From positions 1 to 36,752 of IMG/VR virus record IMGVR_UViG_3300037851_000098: DNA of 36,752 bases; one strand, written 5' to 3'. This stretch comes from a virus. Taxonomy: Duplodnaviria; Caudoviricetes. The notes under the pieces were generated by a model. It did no database searches. It was not told the DNA's origin and saw nothing but the letters and a program-made list of their open reading frames with translations. The position numbers were made by a program, and so were the translations under genes. Below, piece after piece: positions 16,362 to 25,367 of the stretch (positions are counted from its first letter, which is position 1; every line of letters begins with the position of its first letter).

Positions 16362-17398
16362 TGGCGCTCGGAATTGGGTCTAAGTCTTGGATTTCGTTGA
16401 TCGAGGAGGCGTCGAATTACGGCACCGGCCTTTGGGCTGGTGCGCGTAAGGGGTATTGCCGACTCGTGAGCGACAACATGGAAGTGAATGAAAACACGTT
16501 CGAGTCCCCCGCGCTCGGCTCTCGCGCCGTGAGTGCCATGTATCAGGGGGCGCGCGAAGTCGGCGGCACGATGGAAGTCGAAACGAGTTATGACGGCGTG
16601 TGGATGTATTTCCTCAAGCACGCCTTCGGCTCCTACGGTTTCACCGCCGCCAACCCGAGCGGAGTGAGCAACCGTCACCGCTTTACCCCCGCAGAGGACT
16701 TGCCCAACAGCCTGTGTATGGAGTTGTGCATGGCGGGGATTCCGTCTGCGGATAAGGTGATTCGCTACCCCGGCGTCAAGGTCAACTCGTTGGAGTTGTC
16801 GCTGGAGCAGGGCGGCATCCTGAAGTGTATGCTCGACCTCATCTGCTACGACGAGGACATCAACAACGGCAACGGGCACACTCCTGTCGATGGCGTGTAT
16901 CCGGTGTTCACGACGCTGCGACCGATTAAGTTCTGGCATCAGGTCGGCACGGATAGCGTAATCACGGTGGCGGGGACGACGCTCGCCAGCACGACCGGGT
17001 TCGTGCGCAACTGGCGCTTCAAGATCGACAACAAACTCGAACGCCGGTTCAACCTCGCGCGTCGCACGGCAGAGCCGTTTCAGGGCGAGAAGCGCGAGGT
17101 CACTTTCGACTGCACCGCCGAGTTCGACAGCACGGTCGGGATGCCGGTCTATCGCAAGTATCTCGACGCGACGGAGGGCACGTTCAAGGTCAGGATGTCC
17201 TCGAAAGACGAGGCGGTGTGGATACCGGCAGTGGGCACGCTGCCCTATGCGATGGAACTGAACGGCACCACGCAGCGCCTCACCGGCTCGCGCCCGAAGA
17301 TCACCGACGCGGGAATCGTGACGGTCGATTTCACGTCGAGGCTGATCGGCTCGACCGAACTGACGCTCGATCTGTTCAACGGACAGGCCACGTTGTAA
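16361..17398 (+). CDS. Major tail tube protein
   Basis: EEASNYGT, VGGTMEVE, YPGVKVNSLELS, KIDNKLE, REVT motifs; precedes chaperone and tape measure. Confidence 0.8.
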   Translation: MALGIGSKSWISLIEEASNYGTGLWAGARKGYCRLVSDNMEVNENTFESPALGSRAVSAMYQGAREVGGTMEVETSYDGVWMYFLKHAFGSYGFTAANPSGVSNRHRFTPAEDLPNSLCMELCMAGIPSADKVIRYPGVKVNSLELSLEQGGILKCMLDLICYDEDINNGNGHTPVDGVYPVFTTLRPIKFWHQVGTDSVITVAGTTLASTTGFVRNWRFKIDNKLERRFNLARRTAEPFQGEKREVTFDCTAEFDSTVGMPVYRKYLDATEGTFKVRMSSKDEAVWIPAVGTLPYAMELNGTTQRLTGSRPKITDAGIVTVDFTSRLIGSTELTLDLFNGQATL

Positions 17399-17415
17399 GC
17401 ACAAGGAGGAGCGAG

Positions 17416-17877
17416 ATGGAAGCCCCGAAGGTTCTTAGTGCTGATGAGTACCGGGAGAAGTTCGAGCCGGTCGTGGTGAATCCGGCGACGGGCGTTGGGT
17501 TCCGCATCCGGCGCATCCGACCGGCTGAACTTCTCCTCGACGGCATCCTCAAGATGCCGGAACTGGAACACTCGAAGTCGCTGGTCGGCAAGCCCATCGA
17601 GCAGTACGACATGAAGGACTTGGCCGTCGCGCAACTGATTGCGACGGCCATCCTCGTTCGTGGCGTGGTGTCCATGAGGCTCGTCGACAAGGCGAGAGGC
17701 GAGTGCGCGCCGGGCGAGATCAGCGCCCGCGCAGGCGAGGGACTGGACGAGGCAGACCGTGAGTTCTTGGTCAACGAGATCACGAAGTTGTCCGGTCTGC
17801 ACGAAGTCGATGCCCCGGTGCTGTCGCCCGTTGGTGCGGCCACCGACAACTTTCGTGATGCAGGCGGCTCGGAGTGA
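17416..17877 (+). CDS. Tail assembly chaperone (G-like)
   Basis: ATG 17416 behind AGGAGGAG; lies between tube and tape measure genes. Confidence 0.75.
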   Translation: MEAPKVLSADEYREKFEPVVVNPATGVGFRIRRIRPAELLLDGILKMPELEHSKSLVGKPIEQYDMKDLAVAQLIATAILVRGVVSMRLVDKARGECAPGEISARAGEGLDEADREFLVNEITKLSGLHEVDAPVLSPVGAATDNFRDAGGSE

Positions 17878-18040
17878 ACTGATCGCAAGTCGCAGCAAGG
17901 CTGCGATGCTGATTGACGGGATGGCGAAGCGGTACGGCAAGTTGCCGTCCGAAATCATGGAACGGAACGCGCGAGAGATCGCTTTCGACTTGTGGGTGTT
18001 CAACGCCGGACTAGAAAATGAACGTCAAGCATCTAGTTGA
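17852..18040 (+). CDS. Tail chaperone extension (T-like), probably reached by +1 frameshift
   Basis: +1 frame after TTT CGT (17851-17856) reads FVMQAARSELI...MAKRYGKLPSEI...AFDL and has no good SD. Confidence 0.6.
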   Translation, partial: FVMQAARSELIASRSKAAMLIDGMAKRYGKLPSEIMERNAREIAFDLWVFNAGLENERQASS

Positions 18041-20756
18041 CATCGTAATCAAGGCGCAGAACCTTGCCAGCAAGGAACTGAAAGCCATCTCGGAGGACAC
18101 GACACGGTTCGAGAAGAACGTGCTCGCGCTCTCCACCGCTGTTACGGCGCAGTCTGCGGCCACCGTCACCGCGCTCGTCAAAATGACGTTGAGCGCGGCA
18201 GAGTTCGCCAACGAACTTCAGAACGTATCGCAGAAGGCGCTTGTCTCCACCGACACGCTCACCGCCATCGGCCTCGAAATCGAGCGCAGCGGCGGCGAGT
18301 TCCGTGATGCACAGATGCCGATTCGCCGCTTCTCCGAGGCGGTCGTCGCGCTCGCCTCTGGAAATGCGTCCATGTCTGCGTCCTTCGCCCGGCTTGGCAT
18401 CAGTGTCAGCGACGTGATCGGGCCGGGCGGGAAACTCCGCACCTTCGACGAACTCTTGCCGCTGGTGGCAAAGGGCTTCGCCAATCTCTCCGACAACGTG
18501 AGCCGCGTGTCCCTCGCCGTCGACTTGTTCGGTCGAAGCGGTGTCACGCTCATCCCTGTCCTGTCCGATGGCGTCGACGGCATCAGACGGATGAGTCAGG
18601 AAGCGCGGCATCTTGGCCTCGCCATTGGCGACGAGGCGATGGGTGCCGTTGCGCAGTTGTCGGACGATGTTATCACCATGAAGTTGACCTTCAAGGCGCT
18701 CGAAGTGGCGATTGCGCAGGGCATCGTGCCGGGGATGCGCAAGTTGGTCAACGGGCTGACGGAAGTGATGGCGGGTGCGGGCGCGGTGGCGCGTTCAGCG
18801 CCGGAAGTCACGGGCGCGTTCGGCATGATTACGGCGTCCATCGCAGGCGCGGCGGGACTGGTCGCCGCGCTCTTGGCGCTAAAGCGATTCTGGCTGTGGC
18901 TGAAGCCGATGATGTCGACGGGCGCGCTCGCGTTCTCTGGTCTGGCGGTTGCGATCACAGCGGCAGCGATGGCGCTGATGCACATGATCGGCAGTCAGCA
19001 AGTCGCCAACGAACGCCTGAAGGAGAGCCAGCGCGAGGCGAACTTGGTTCTGAAGGACACCAACGCCACCATCGAGGAGCAGATCAAGGCGCTCGAACGG
19101 CTGCGCGATGCGAAGATGCGTGCCGCCGACGCAAACCCGATTCAGGGTTTCCAGACCGACTTCGGACAGCCGCGTGCCACGCTCAATACGGGCGCGGAGT
19201 TCGACGCGAGCGCGCAGGGGAAGTTGCTTCAGCGGCTCAAGGGCGAGCAGGCGAAGCGCAGGCTCGGCTTGAGCATGGACGGAAAGTTCCCCGGTATGTT
19301 GACCATGCCGAAGGAAGCGGAACAAATCCCGGCGATCAACGCGCGCGTTCCGTTCAAGGTAGACCTCGACGTGGAAGTCGAGGCCGTCGATCTGCGCAGC
19401 ATCGAAATGCAGATCGAGAAGCAGAAGATGGTCGTTGAGGCAAAGACGCGCGAGGCTGCTCGGCTGCAAAAGGAGTTCGACCTTCGCACCAAGCCGGGAC
19501 AGGACTTGCGCGACACGATGCCCGCAGAGATGGAGAAGTTGTATCAGGACGCCGCCGATGCTGCGCAGGCCGTTCTCTCCGCGCAGCAGCGCCTCGAAGC
19601 GCTCGAAGAACGGCGCGCCGAAGCGCTGCGCACGACCGCCGAAAAGACGAAGGCCGTGACGCTCGCGCTCATCGAACTGAACCTCGAAGCGGGCAAGACG
19701 ACGCTCGAAGAAGCGGCGGCTGCGGCGGGCAAAGAAGTCGCTCGCCTTCGCGCGGAGATGGAGGCTGCGGTCAAGGCACAGCAGTCGATCTCCGTGGGTG
19801 CTGCCGGGTACACGGATGCGACGGAGAAAGCGCTTTCTGCCGTCGCCGCGCTCAACGCCGGGGTGTCCCTGCTCAATCAGATCATGGGGCAGATGTCCTC
19901 GCGCAACGAGACAGCGGCCACCGAAACGCGCGACTACGCGAAGGCCACGGAAGAACTGGCCGCAGCGCAGCGCGCGCTCGCGCTCGTTTCCGACCCGTCG
20001 AAGTCTCCGGTTCAAATCCGCGCCACGATGGACATGGAGGCGCTTCGTGCGCTTCAGGCCGAAGTCGAGCGCACCCGGCAGGCGATGATTCAGGAGCCGA
20101 ACCGACCCGAAATCGTGCAGGCCCATGCCGACGCGACGATGAACCTCGCTTCTGCGCTGATGAGCCAGCGGGAGGCACAGGAGCAGACGAAGGAGTCGTT
20201 GAGCGGCCTGTCAATGATGATGGGCGGCATCTCCGCGCTCACGGCGGCGGCGTTCGATGCGATCACCGGGACAGCGGTGAACATGGGCAGCGTAGTCAAG
20301 TCCATCTTGCTCGGAATCATCAACTCGCTCATCCAGATGAAGATTCAGGCGATGGCCGCGCAAAAGGTTCTGTCTGCCATGAAGATGATGAGCGCGATGG
20401 CCGGGCCTGCGGGCATCATCGGCATCGTGGGTAGTTTCGTCGGCGTCCCGCTCGCATCGGGCGGCGAGATCATGTCCGGCACGCGCGGCCTCGACACGGT
20501 TCCGGCCTTCATGCAGAAGGGGGAGACTGTGATCTCGCCCGGCCTGACCGACGATCTGCGCGAGTTCCTTCGCTTCGCGCGCGCGGGCGGGGGAAGTGGC
20601 GTCGGTGGCGTGACGCTTGAGCAGCACGTCAACATCAACGCCGGGATGATGCTCGGCACGGAGCAGGATGCACAGCGCATGGCGAGCACCATCGTGATGC
20701 GCACGGACGACTTCACCCGCACGAACATCGCGCGGTCAACGCTGAAGGACGCATAG
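18018..20756 (+). CDS. Tape measure protein (912 aa)
   Basis: Ala-rich helical protein, LFGRSG, hydrophobic stretch, C-terminal LASGG...DTVPAFMQKGETVI. Confidence 0.9.
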   Translation: MNVKHLVDIVIKAQNLASKELKAISEDTTRFEKNVLALSTAVTAQSAATVTALVKMTLSAAEFANELQNVSQKALVSTDTLTAIGLEIERSGGEFRDAQMPIRRFSEAVVALASGNASMSASFARLGISVSDVIGPGGKLRTFDELLPLVAKGFANLSDNVSRVSLAVDLFGRSGVTLIPVLSDGVDGIRRMSQEARHLGLAIGDEAMGAVAQLSDDVITMKLTFKALEVAIAQGIVPGMRKLVNGLTEVMAGAGAVARSAPEVTGAFGMITASIAGAAGLVAALLALKRFWLWLKPMMSTGALAFSGLAVAITAAAMALMHMIGSQQVANERLKESQREANLVLKDTNATIEEQIKALERLRDAKMRAADANPIQGFQTDFGQPRATLNTGAEFDASAQGKLLQRLKGEQAKRRLGLSMDGKFPGMLTMPKEAEQIPAINARVPFKVDLDVEVEAVDLRSIEMQIEKQKMVVEAKTREAARLQKEFDLRTKPGQDLRDTMPAEMEKLYQDAADAAQAVLSAQQRLEALEERRAEALRTTAEKTKAVTLALIELNLEAGKTTLEEAAAAAGKEVARLRAEMEAAVKAQQSISVGAAGYTDATEKALSAVAALNAGVSLLNQIMGQMSSRNETAATETRDYAKATEELAAAQRALALVSDPSKSPVQIRATMDMEALRALQAEVERTRQAMIQEPNRPEIVQAHADATMNLASALMSQREAQEQTKESLSGLSMMMGGISALTAAAFDAITGTAVNMGSVVKSILLGIINSLIQMKIQAMAAQKVLSAMKMMSAMAGPAGIIGIVGSFVGVPLASGGEIMSGTRGLDTVPAFMQKGETVISPGLTDDLREFLRFARAGGGSGVGGVTLEQHVNINAGMMLGTEQDAQRMASTIVMRTDDFTRTNIARSTLKDA

Positions 20757-20759
20757 CCC

Positions 20760-22415
20760 ATGCCCATCTACGTCAAACTTCGTACCGCGCCGGGTGTGAC
20801 CCCCTACGAGGAGGTTGACCTTACCGGCCATGTCGGTGCCATCGAGCCGTCGCCGGTCGAGTACGACGCCAACGACACGAACGTGCTTGGCGAGGAAGTC
20901 GGACAGATGCGCGCGATACGCCGCAACATCCGGCTCGACGGCGTGGGCATGACGCACGACGAGGTTGAACTGCTGCGGCGGTGGAAGCACGACCGCGTGC
21001 CGGTGTGCTTCTCTCCGAACTACGATGGCAACACCGTTTTCTACTGTCGCTTCGCTCGCAACGACCCGCTGGCGGGTGTCCCTGTCCCCATGATCGGGAG
21101 CAATCCGACCTTTGCCCGCACTTCGCCAAGCGGGTCTGCGAGCGCTACCTACTTCGGCGCGGACGGCCTGTTTCACAAGGTTGGCAACAGCGTGCCGCGC
21201 TACGAGCGCACGGCGGCGTCGTGGGGCGAGTTGACGGGCATCAAGTTGTGCGGACAGACGAAGCAGTATTGCGCGTACTCGCGCGCGACTGGAACGGGCA
21301 CGCTTCTGCGGTGGACGGCGGGGTCTACGGCCACAATCGAGTGGGCGACCAACATACCGTCGATGCTTGAGGACGCGGGACTCGGCGTTGCGCTGATGAA
21401 GGTGACAGGCACGCCGGATGCGAACTCCTACATCACGCAGAGCATCACTGTAGACAACGCAACGGTGGTGTCGGTGGGTGTGTGGGTACGCGGTGAAGGC
21501 TCGTTCTACCTTAGCGTGAATAGCGGCGTGTCGGGCGCTCCTGTAAACGGAACGACAACCGTGCTGACCGGGAACGCATGGACGCTGCTCAAGATCGAGA
21601 ACGTAACGACCAACGCAACGACACTCGTGATGCGCGTTCTCGCAACCGGCGCTCGTGGATGGTGCGCGCTGTCGCACTGGCAGACAGAGAACAACTCCAT
21701 CGTGACGCAGTATATCGACAACACGAGCGGCGCGGCGGTGACGATGCCGAACGACAACCTCTATTTCGGCTCGCTGGTAGCGCCACACTTTGAGGGCACC
21801 ATCACGGTCGGCTTCGAGGTTCCGACGCTGTTCGCCACCGGCATTGTTCAGGGCTTGCTTGGGAACGTCAACAGCGTGGGCACCTACATGGAGTTGAGGT
21901 ACAAGTCGGGTGCGTGGTGGTTCCAGAAGGCGGGCACCGCAGAGCCGGGAAGCCAGCAGTATACCTCGAACGCGCTCGGCGTGTCGGTAGGAAGCCCGGT
22001 CGTGCTCGCCAACTACTACTCCAACGCTACGCTGCGGCAGTATATCAACGGCACGCAGGGCGCGAGCACCGCGTCACCGACAGCGGCGTCCGCGCTCACC
22101 CTGAACGCCACCGGGCTTCGGGTCGGGTACGATGGCACTGACATCCGCAACGGATTCGGCGGCGGGAAACTCCTGTTCCTTCGTGTCGATCAGGGGCCGC
22201 GTGATGCGAGCGGGACTTGGCACGAGGAGCATCAGGTGTACGCGCCGTCCTTGTGGACGAACCCCGATCAGCGCGCGTGGACGCGCATGACGGAAGGCCG
22301 CGTGTTCAAGATCGACGCGCCGGAACACCAACTGATTGCCGGGACGGTCAACTCCGCGCGCCTGACGCTGAAGGAGATTCGTTCGTACCGCAGCGCGACA
22401 ACGGAGGCGTACTGA
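20760..22415 (+). CDS. Distal tail protein with inserted beta-sandwich (carbohydrate-binding or LamG-like) domains
   Basis: First gene after the tape measure; FARTS..ATYF..DG..VPRYE segment; GTITV...LRQYING...LRVG pattern; ends RLTLKE. Confidence 0.55.
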   Translation: MPIYVKLRTAPGVTPYEEVDLTGHVGAIEPSPVEYDANDTNVLGEEVGQMRAIRRNIRLDGVGMTHDEVELLRRWKHDRVPVCFSPNYDGNTVFYCRFARNDPLAGVPVPMIGSNPTFARTSPSGSASATYFGADGLFHKVGNSVPRYERTAASWGELTGIKLCGQTKQYCAYSRATGTGTLLRWTAGSTATIEWATNIPSMLEDAGLGVALMKVTGTPDANSYITQSITVDNATVVSVGVWVRGEGSFYLSVNSGVSGAPVNGTTTVLTGNAWTLLKIENVTTNATTLVMRVLATGARGWCALSHWQTENNSIVTQYIDNTSGAAVTMPNDNLYFGSLVAPHFEGTITVGFEVPTLFATGIVQGLLGNVNSVGTYMELRYKSGAWWFQKAGTAEPGSQQYTSNALGVSVGSPVVLANYYSNATLRQYINGTQGASTASPTAASALTLNATGLRVGYDGTDIRNGFGGGKLLFLRVDQGPRDASGTWHEEHQVYAPSLWTNPDQRAWTRMTEGRVFKIDAPEHQLIAGTVNSARLTLKEIRSYRSATTEAY

Positions 22416-22942
22416 TGCCCGCGCTGTTCTCCGATGCGGCGAAGGCTGCGCTCCTCAACAAGTACGCGCGCAAGGTCACGCGGCTGTGGGTCTACACGGA
22501 ACTGCCGCACCTTCCTACGGCGCAGAGCGTCGAGGTCACGACCCTCGTGCGCAAGTGGGGACTCGTCGAGAAGCCGAGCACCATCCAGTCGAACAACTGG
22601 AACGTGCCGCGCTTCACCCCCTCGCTCCTGAACGTCAACGGGTACTTCACGGAGGACGGCCCCGAATCCCTGTGGGTGCAACTCGGCGTCGAGCCGCGCG
22701 ACTGCTACCTCGTGCGGAACAAGTACGTCGAGTTGACGACCGGGCTGTACGAGATGTTCGACGGGTACATCGGGAAGATCAACGACATCGTGCTGCGCGC
22801 GGAGGGCAATCAGTGGGTGGTTGACCTTTCGACTACGATGGCGCAGGACGAACTCCTCGTGACGAAGATCACGAAGGAGACAGGCGACGAGATTGTGATT
22901 CCGAAGCAGGCTATCACCGGAGAGACTGCGGGTTGGGCATAG
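22415..22942 (+). CDS. Tail tip / hub protein, N-terminal part
   Basis: TGATG-coupled, SD GGAGG; LLNVNGYF and YIGKINDI hub-like motifs. Confidence 0.6.
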   Translation: MPALFSDAAKAALLNKYARKVTRLWVYTELPHLPTAQSVEVTTLVRKWGLVEKPSTIQSNNWNVPRFTPSLLNVNGYFTEDGPESLWVQLGVEPRDCYLVRNKYVELTTGLYEMFDGYIGKINDIVLRAEGNQWVVDLSTTMAQDELLVTKITKETGDEIVIPKQAITGETAGWA

Positions 22943-24610
22943 ATGGCGCTTCCTCTCGACGAAGGGTTGCCGGTGTTCACGTCGCTCACGAGAAGCGGCG
23001 TGTTCACTCCGCAGTACGTCACCGAAGTGAACGGGTCGAATCTGTGCAGCGCGTGTCGCGTGTTCTTCCGCTGCCTGTCGTACAACGTGGTGGCCGGGGC
23101 GCGACACCCCGAGTACGGCGACAAGGACTTGGAGTTTGCCGTCAGCCCGTCCGACATCCACAACTACACGAAACTCTACTGCAAAGACGAGCAACAGCCG
23201 CCGAAGGATGGCACGGTTCAGACCGGGTTTCTCTACATCCAGAATCCCATCTCGTACCACAACCTTTCCATCGGCAACGCGCTTCACGACATCCTGTACC
23301 ATCAGGCCCATGTCGGGCAGGGTGTCGCGCGCCTTCTCCCCATAGCGGACTACGGCACGAATCAGTGGAACACGAGTTCCGGCTTGGCGGGACACTTCTC
23401 CTACGTCAACAAGCCGAGCGATAATTGGGACACGTCGAAGTTCCTTTGGGCGACGGGCAACGAGTTCTCGGGCGACCCGAAGGAGACATTCGAGTTGGAG
23501 CCGCTTCCCGCAGGCGCGGGCGTGGTCAACGAGTGCGTGGTCAACTTGTGGGCGGCGATCAGGGCGCGCACCGATACCGACATGGGTTTTGCCGTGCGGC
23601 TGCGAAACGCGGCTGGCGCGCAGGTGGGTTCCACCGCGTATGTCGTGCTGCCGACCGACCAGCGTGTCCGGTTTGCGACCGTCAAGATCGCGCGTGTCAA
23701 CAGCGCCGTGAAGTACGTCGAGGTCGTCGCCATCCAGTCTACGCCGGGCACGCAGACGAACCCGATGTATTCGCTGTTCTCGCTTGAGGTCGTGGCGTAC
23801 TACACGGACACGACGAATCTGCAACTCGACACGAACTCCATCTCGTCGCTGCCGATCAGCGCAACATCCATCCTCGACTTCGACCTCGTGGAAGGGTCGT
23901 TCAGGGAGGCCGTGCTTGACGTGCTCGCGCACGAGCCTTCGTACAGCGTCTACCTCGATTGGAAGTCTACGCTCGCCGCAGGCGCGGTGCTCACCTACGC
24001 CGACTCCCCGATCAGATACAGCCTCGTGCCCGGCACGAATCTGCGCTCTATACGGAAGCGGTGGATATACAACGAGCGGTTCGCCACGCGGGTGATTACG
24101 CGGTGGGGCGTTCAGGTGAATCACTCCTACGTTATCTCGACCGGCGACGGCAACTACGAGTCCGACCCTGTGAACGTCAACGCGCAGCGCGGGAGTCGGC
24201 GCACCACGATGTCGCTGAACTACTCGCACGCATACAAGGCGCACCTCGACAAGACCCTTGACCGGCACTTCTTCAGAAACGAACATGCCTACGTCGAGGC
24301 GTTCATGGAGAAGTACCTTGCGCTCTACTCCAACGGGCAGGGCAACGAGGCGCTTGAAGCCGTGTGCGAACTCGCTGCGTGCGAGGTCGAGCCGATGGAC
24401 GTGGTAGAGGTAAACTACCCCGAACTCGGCATGACGGCGCGCCCGTTCGTGTGTGTTGGTAAGGTGCTCGACGACGACGAGGACGTGGTGATCTTGACGC
24501 TCTACGACATGCAGAATCTCATCGTGGCGACTTCACCGGCAACGCCGACGATGCTCGAAGCGCCCGCGTGGGGCGGCTTCAACAGCGGTGGCATGATGGG
24601 GGTCGAGTAG
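22943..24610 (+). CDS. Tail tip / hub protein, C-terminal part (555 aa)
   Basis: QNPI..LHDIL, VEPMDVVEVNYPELG, VILTL motifs; same frame as the previous gene. Confidence 0.65.
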   Translation: MALPLDEGLPVFTSLTRSGVFTPQYVTEVNGSNLCSACRVFFRCLSYNVVAGARHPEYGDKDLEFAVSPSDIHNYTKLYCKDEQQPPKDGTVQTGFLYIQNPISYHNLSIGNALHDILYHQAHVGQGVARLLPIADYGTNQWNTSSGLAGHFSYVNKPSDNWDTSKFLWATGNEFSGDPKETFELEPLPAGAGVVNECVVNLWAAIRARTDTDMGFAVRLRNAAGAQVGSTAYVVLPTDQRVRFATVKIARVNSAVKYVEVVAIQSTPGTQTNPMYSLFSLEVVAYYTDTTNLQLDTNSISSLPISATSILDFDLVEGSFREAVLDVLAHEPSYSVYLDWKSTLAAGAVLTYADSPIRYSLVPGTNLRSIRKRWIYNERFATRVITRWGVQVNHSYVISTGDGNYESDPVNVNAQRGSRRTTMSLNYSHAYKAHLDKTLDRHFFRNEHAYVEAFMEKYLALYSNGQGNEALEAVCELAACEVEPMDVVEVNYPELGMTARPFVCVGKVLDDDEDVVILTLYDMQNLIVATSPATPTMLEAPAWGGFNSGGMMGVE

Positions 24611-24611
24611 C

Positions 24612-25361
24612 ATGGCCGTGACCTTCTTCGGAGTTGCCACGCAACCGGCAGATAACGCGGCCAACGCCGGGCCGGGGCCGCGCGACGTGACGCCGCCCGG
24701 CTCCATGCTTGACGGCGACCTCGTGATCGTGAGCGTGGCCTACGACAACACCGGGGCTACGCTTACCGTCAGCGCAGGCGGCGGGCAGACGTGGACGGCT
24801 CTCGCCGCTACCGACGATGGCGTGTCGAACACGCAGCGGTTCTTCTGGTGTCGGTTCAACGGCACATGGTCTACCAATCCGTCCTTCACGAACAGCAGCG
24901 GCACCAACGCGCTGTCCGTGCAGATGTTCGTGTTTCGCCCGTCCACCGGCTCGAATCTGTGGGGTGTGGACTACGCGCAGATTTCGGAGTCGTGGCCGTT
25001 CGCAAGTGGCGGCACGGACGTGGGGCGCACTGGCGCGCAGCAGAGCATGACGAACGCGAGCGGCGTGGCGTTCTGCCGCTGGTCGCATCATACGGCGCTT
25101 CGGTGGACAGGGCTGGCGGGCACCGGATGGTCGGTGGCGAGCCTTGCCGGTCAGTACCGCAACACGACCGGCTTCGACCAGACGAGCACCTACGCCTACA
25201 ACATCATCAGCGCGTCAGGGGCGGTTGCGAAGCCGAACAAAGACCTCGTGACCGGCTCGTTGTCGAACGACGTGGTAATCACAGAGGTCGGGTTCTACGA
25301 ATACAGCGCGCAGTCGCAGGCTCCGCGCACGATGGCGATGGTTCGCCAGATGAGGGGTTGA
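24612..25361 (+). CDS. Putative virion or fibre protein (249 aa)
   Basis: TPPGSMLDGDLVIVSV start; rich in G/S/T/W. Confidence 0.65.
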   Translation: MAVTFFGVATQPADNAANAGPGPRDVTPPGSMLDGDLVIVSVAYDNTGATLTVSAGGGQTWTALAATDDGVSNTQRFFWCRFNGTWSTNPSFTNSSGTNALSVQMFVFRPSTGSNLWGVDYAQISESWPFASGGTDVGRTGAQQSMTNASGVAFCRWSHHTALRWTGLAGTGWSVASLAGQYRNTTGFDQTSTYAYNIISASGAVAKPNKDLVTGSLSNDVVITEVGFYEYSAQSQAPRTMAMVRQMRG

Positions 25362-25367
25362 TGAACG

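Noticed and set aside
4225-24610. Full TAG reassignment (genetic code 15)
   Set aside because: Conserved genes are intact under code 11, TAG sits at normal gene ends, most downstream genes have their own SD, and no suppressor tRNA is seen. Only leaky readthrough is left open.
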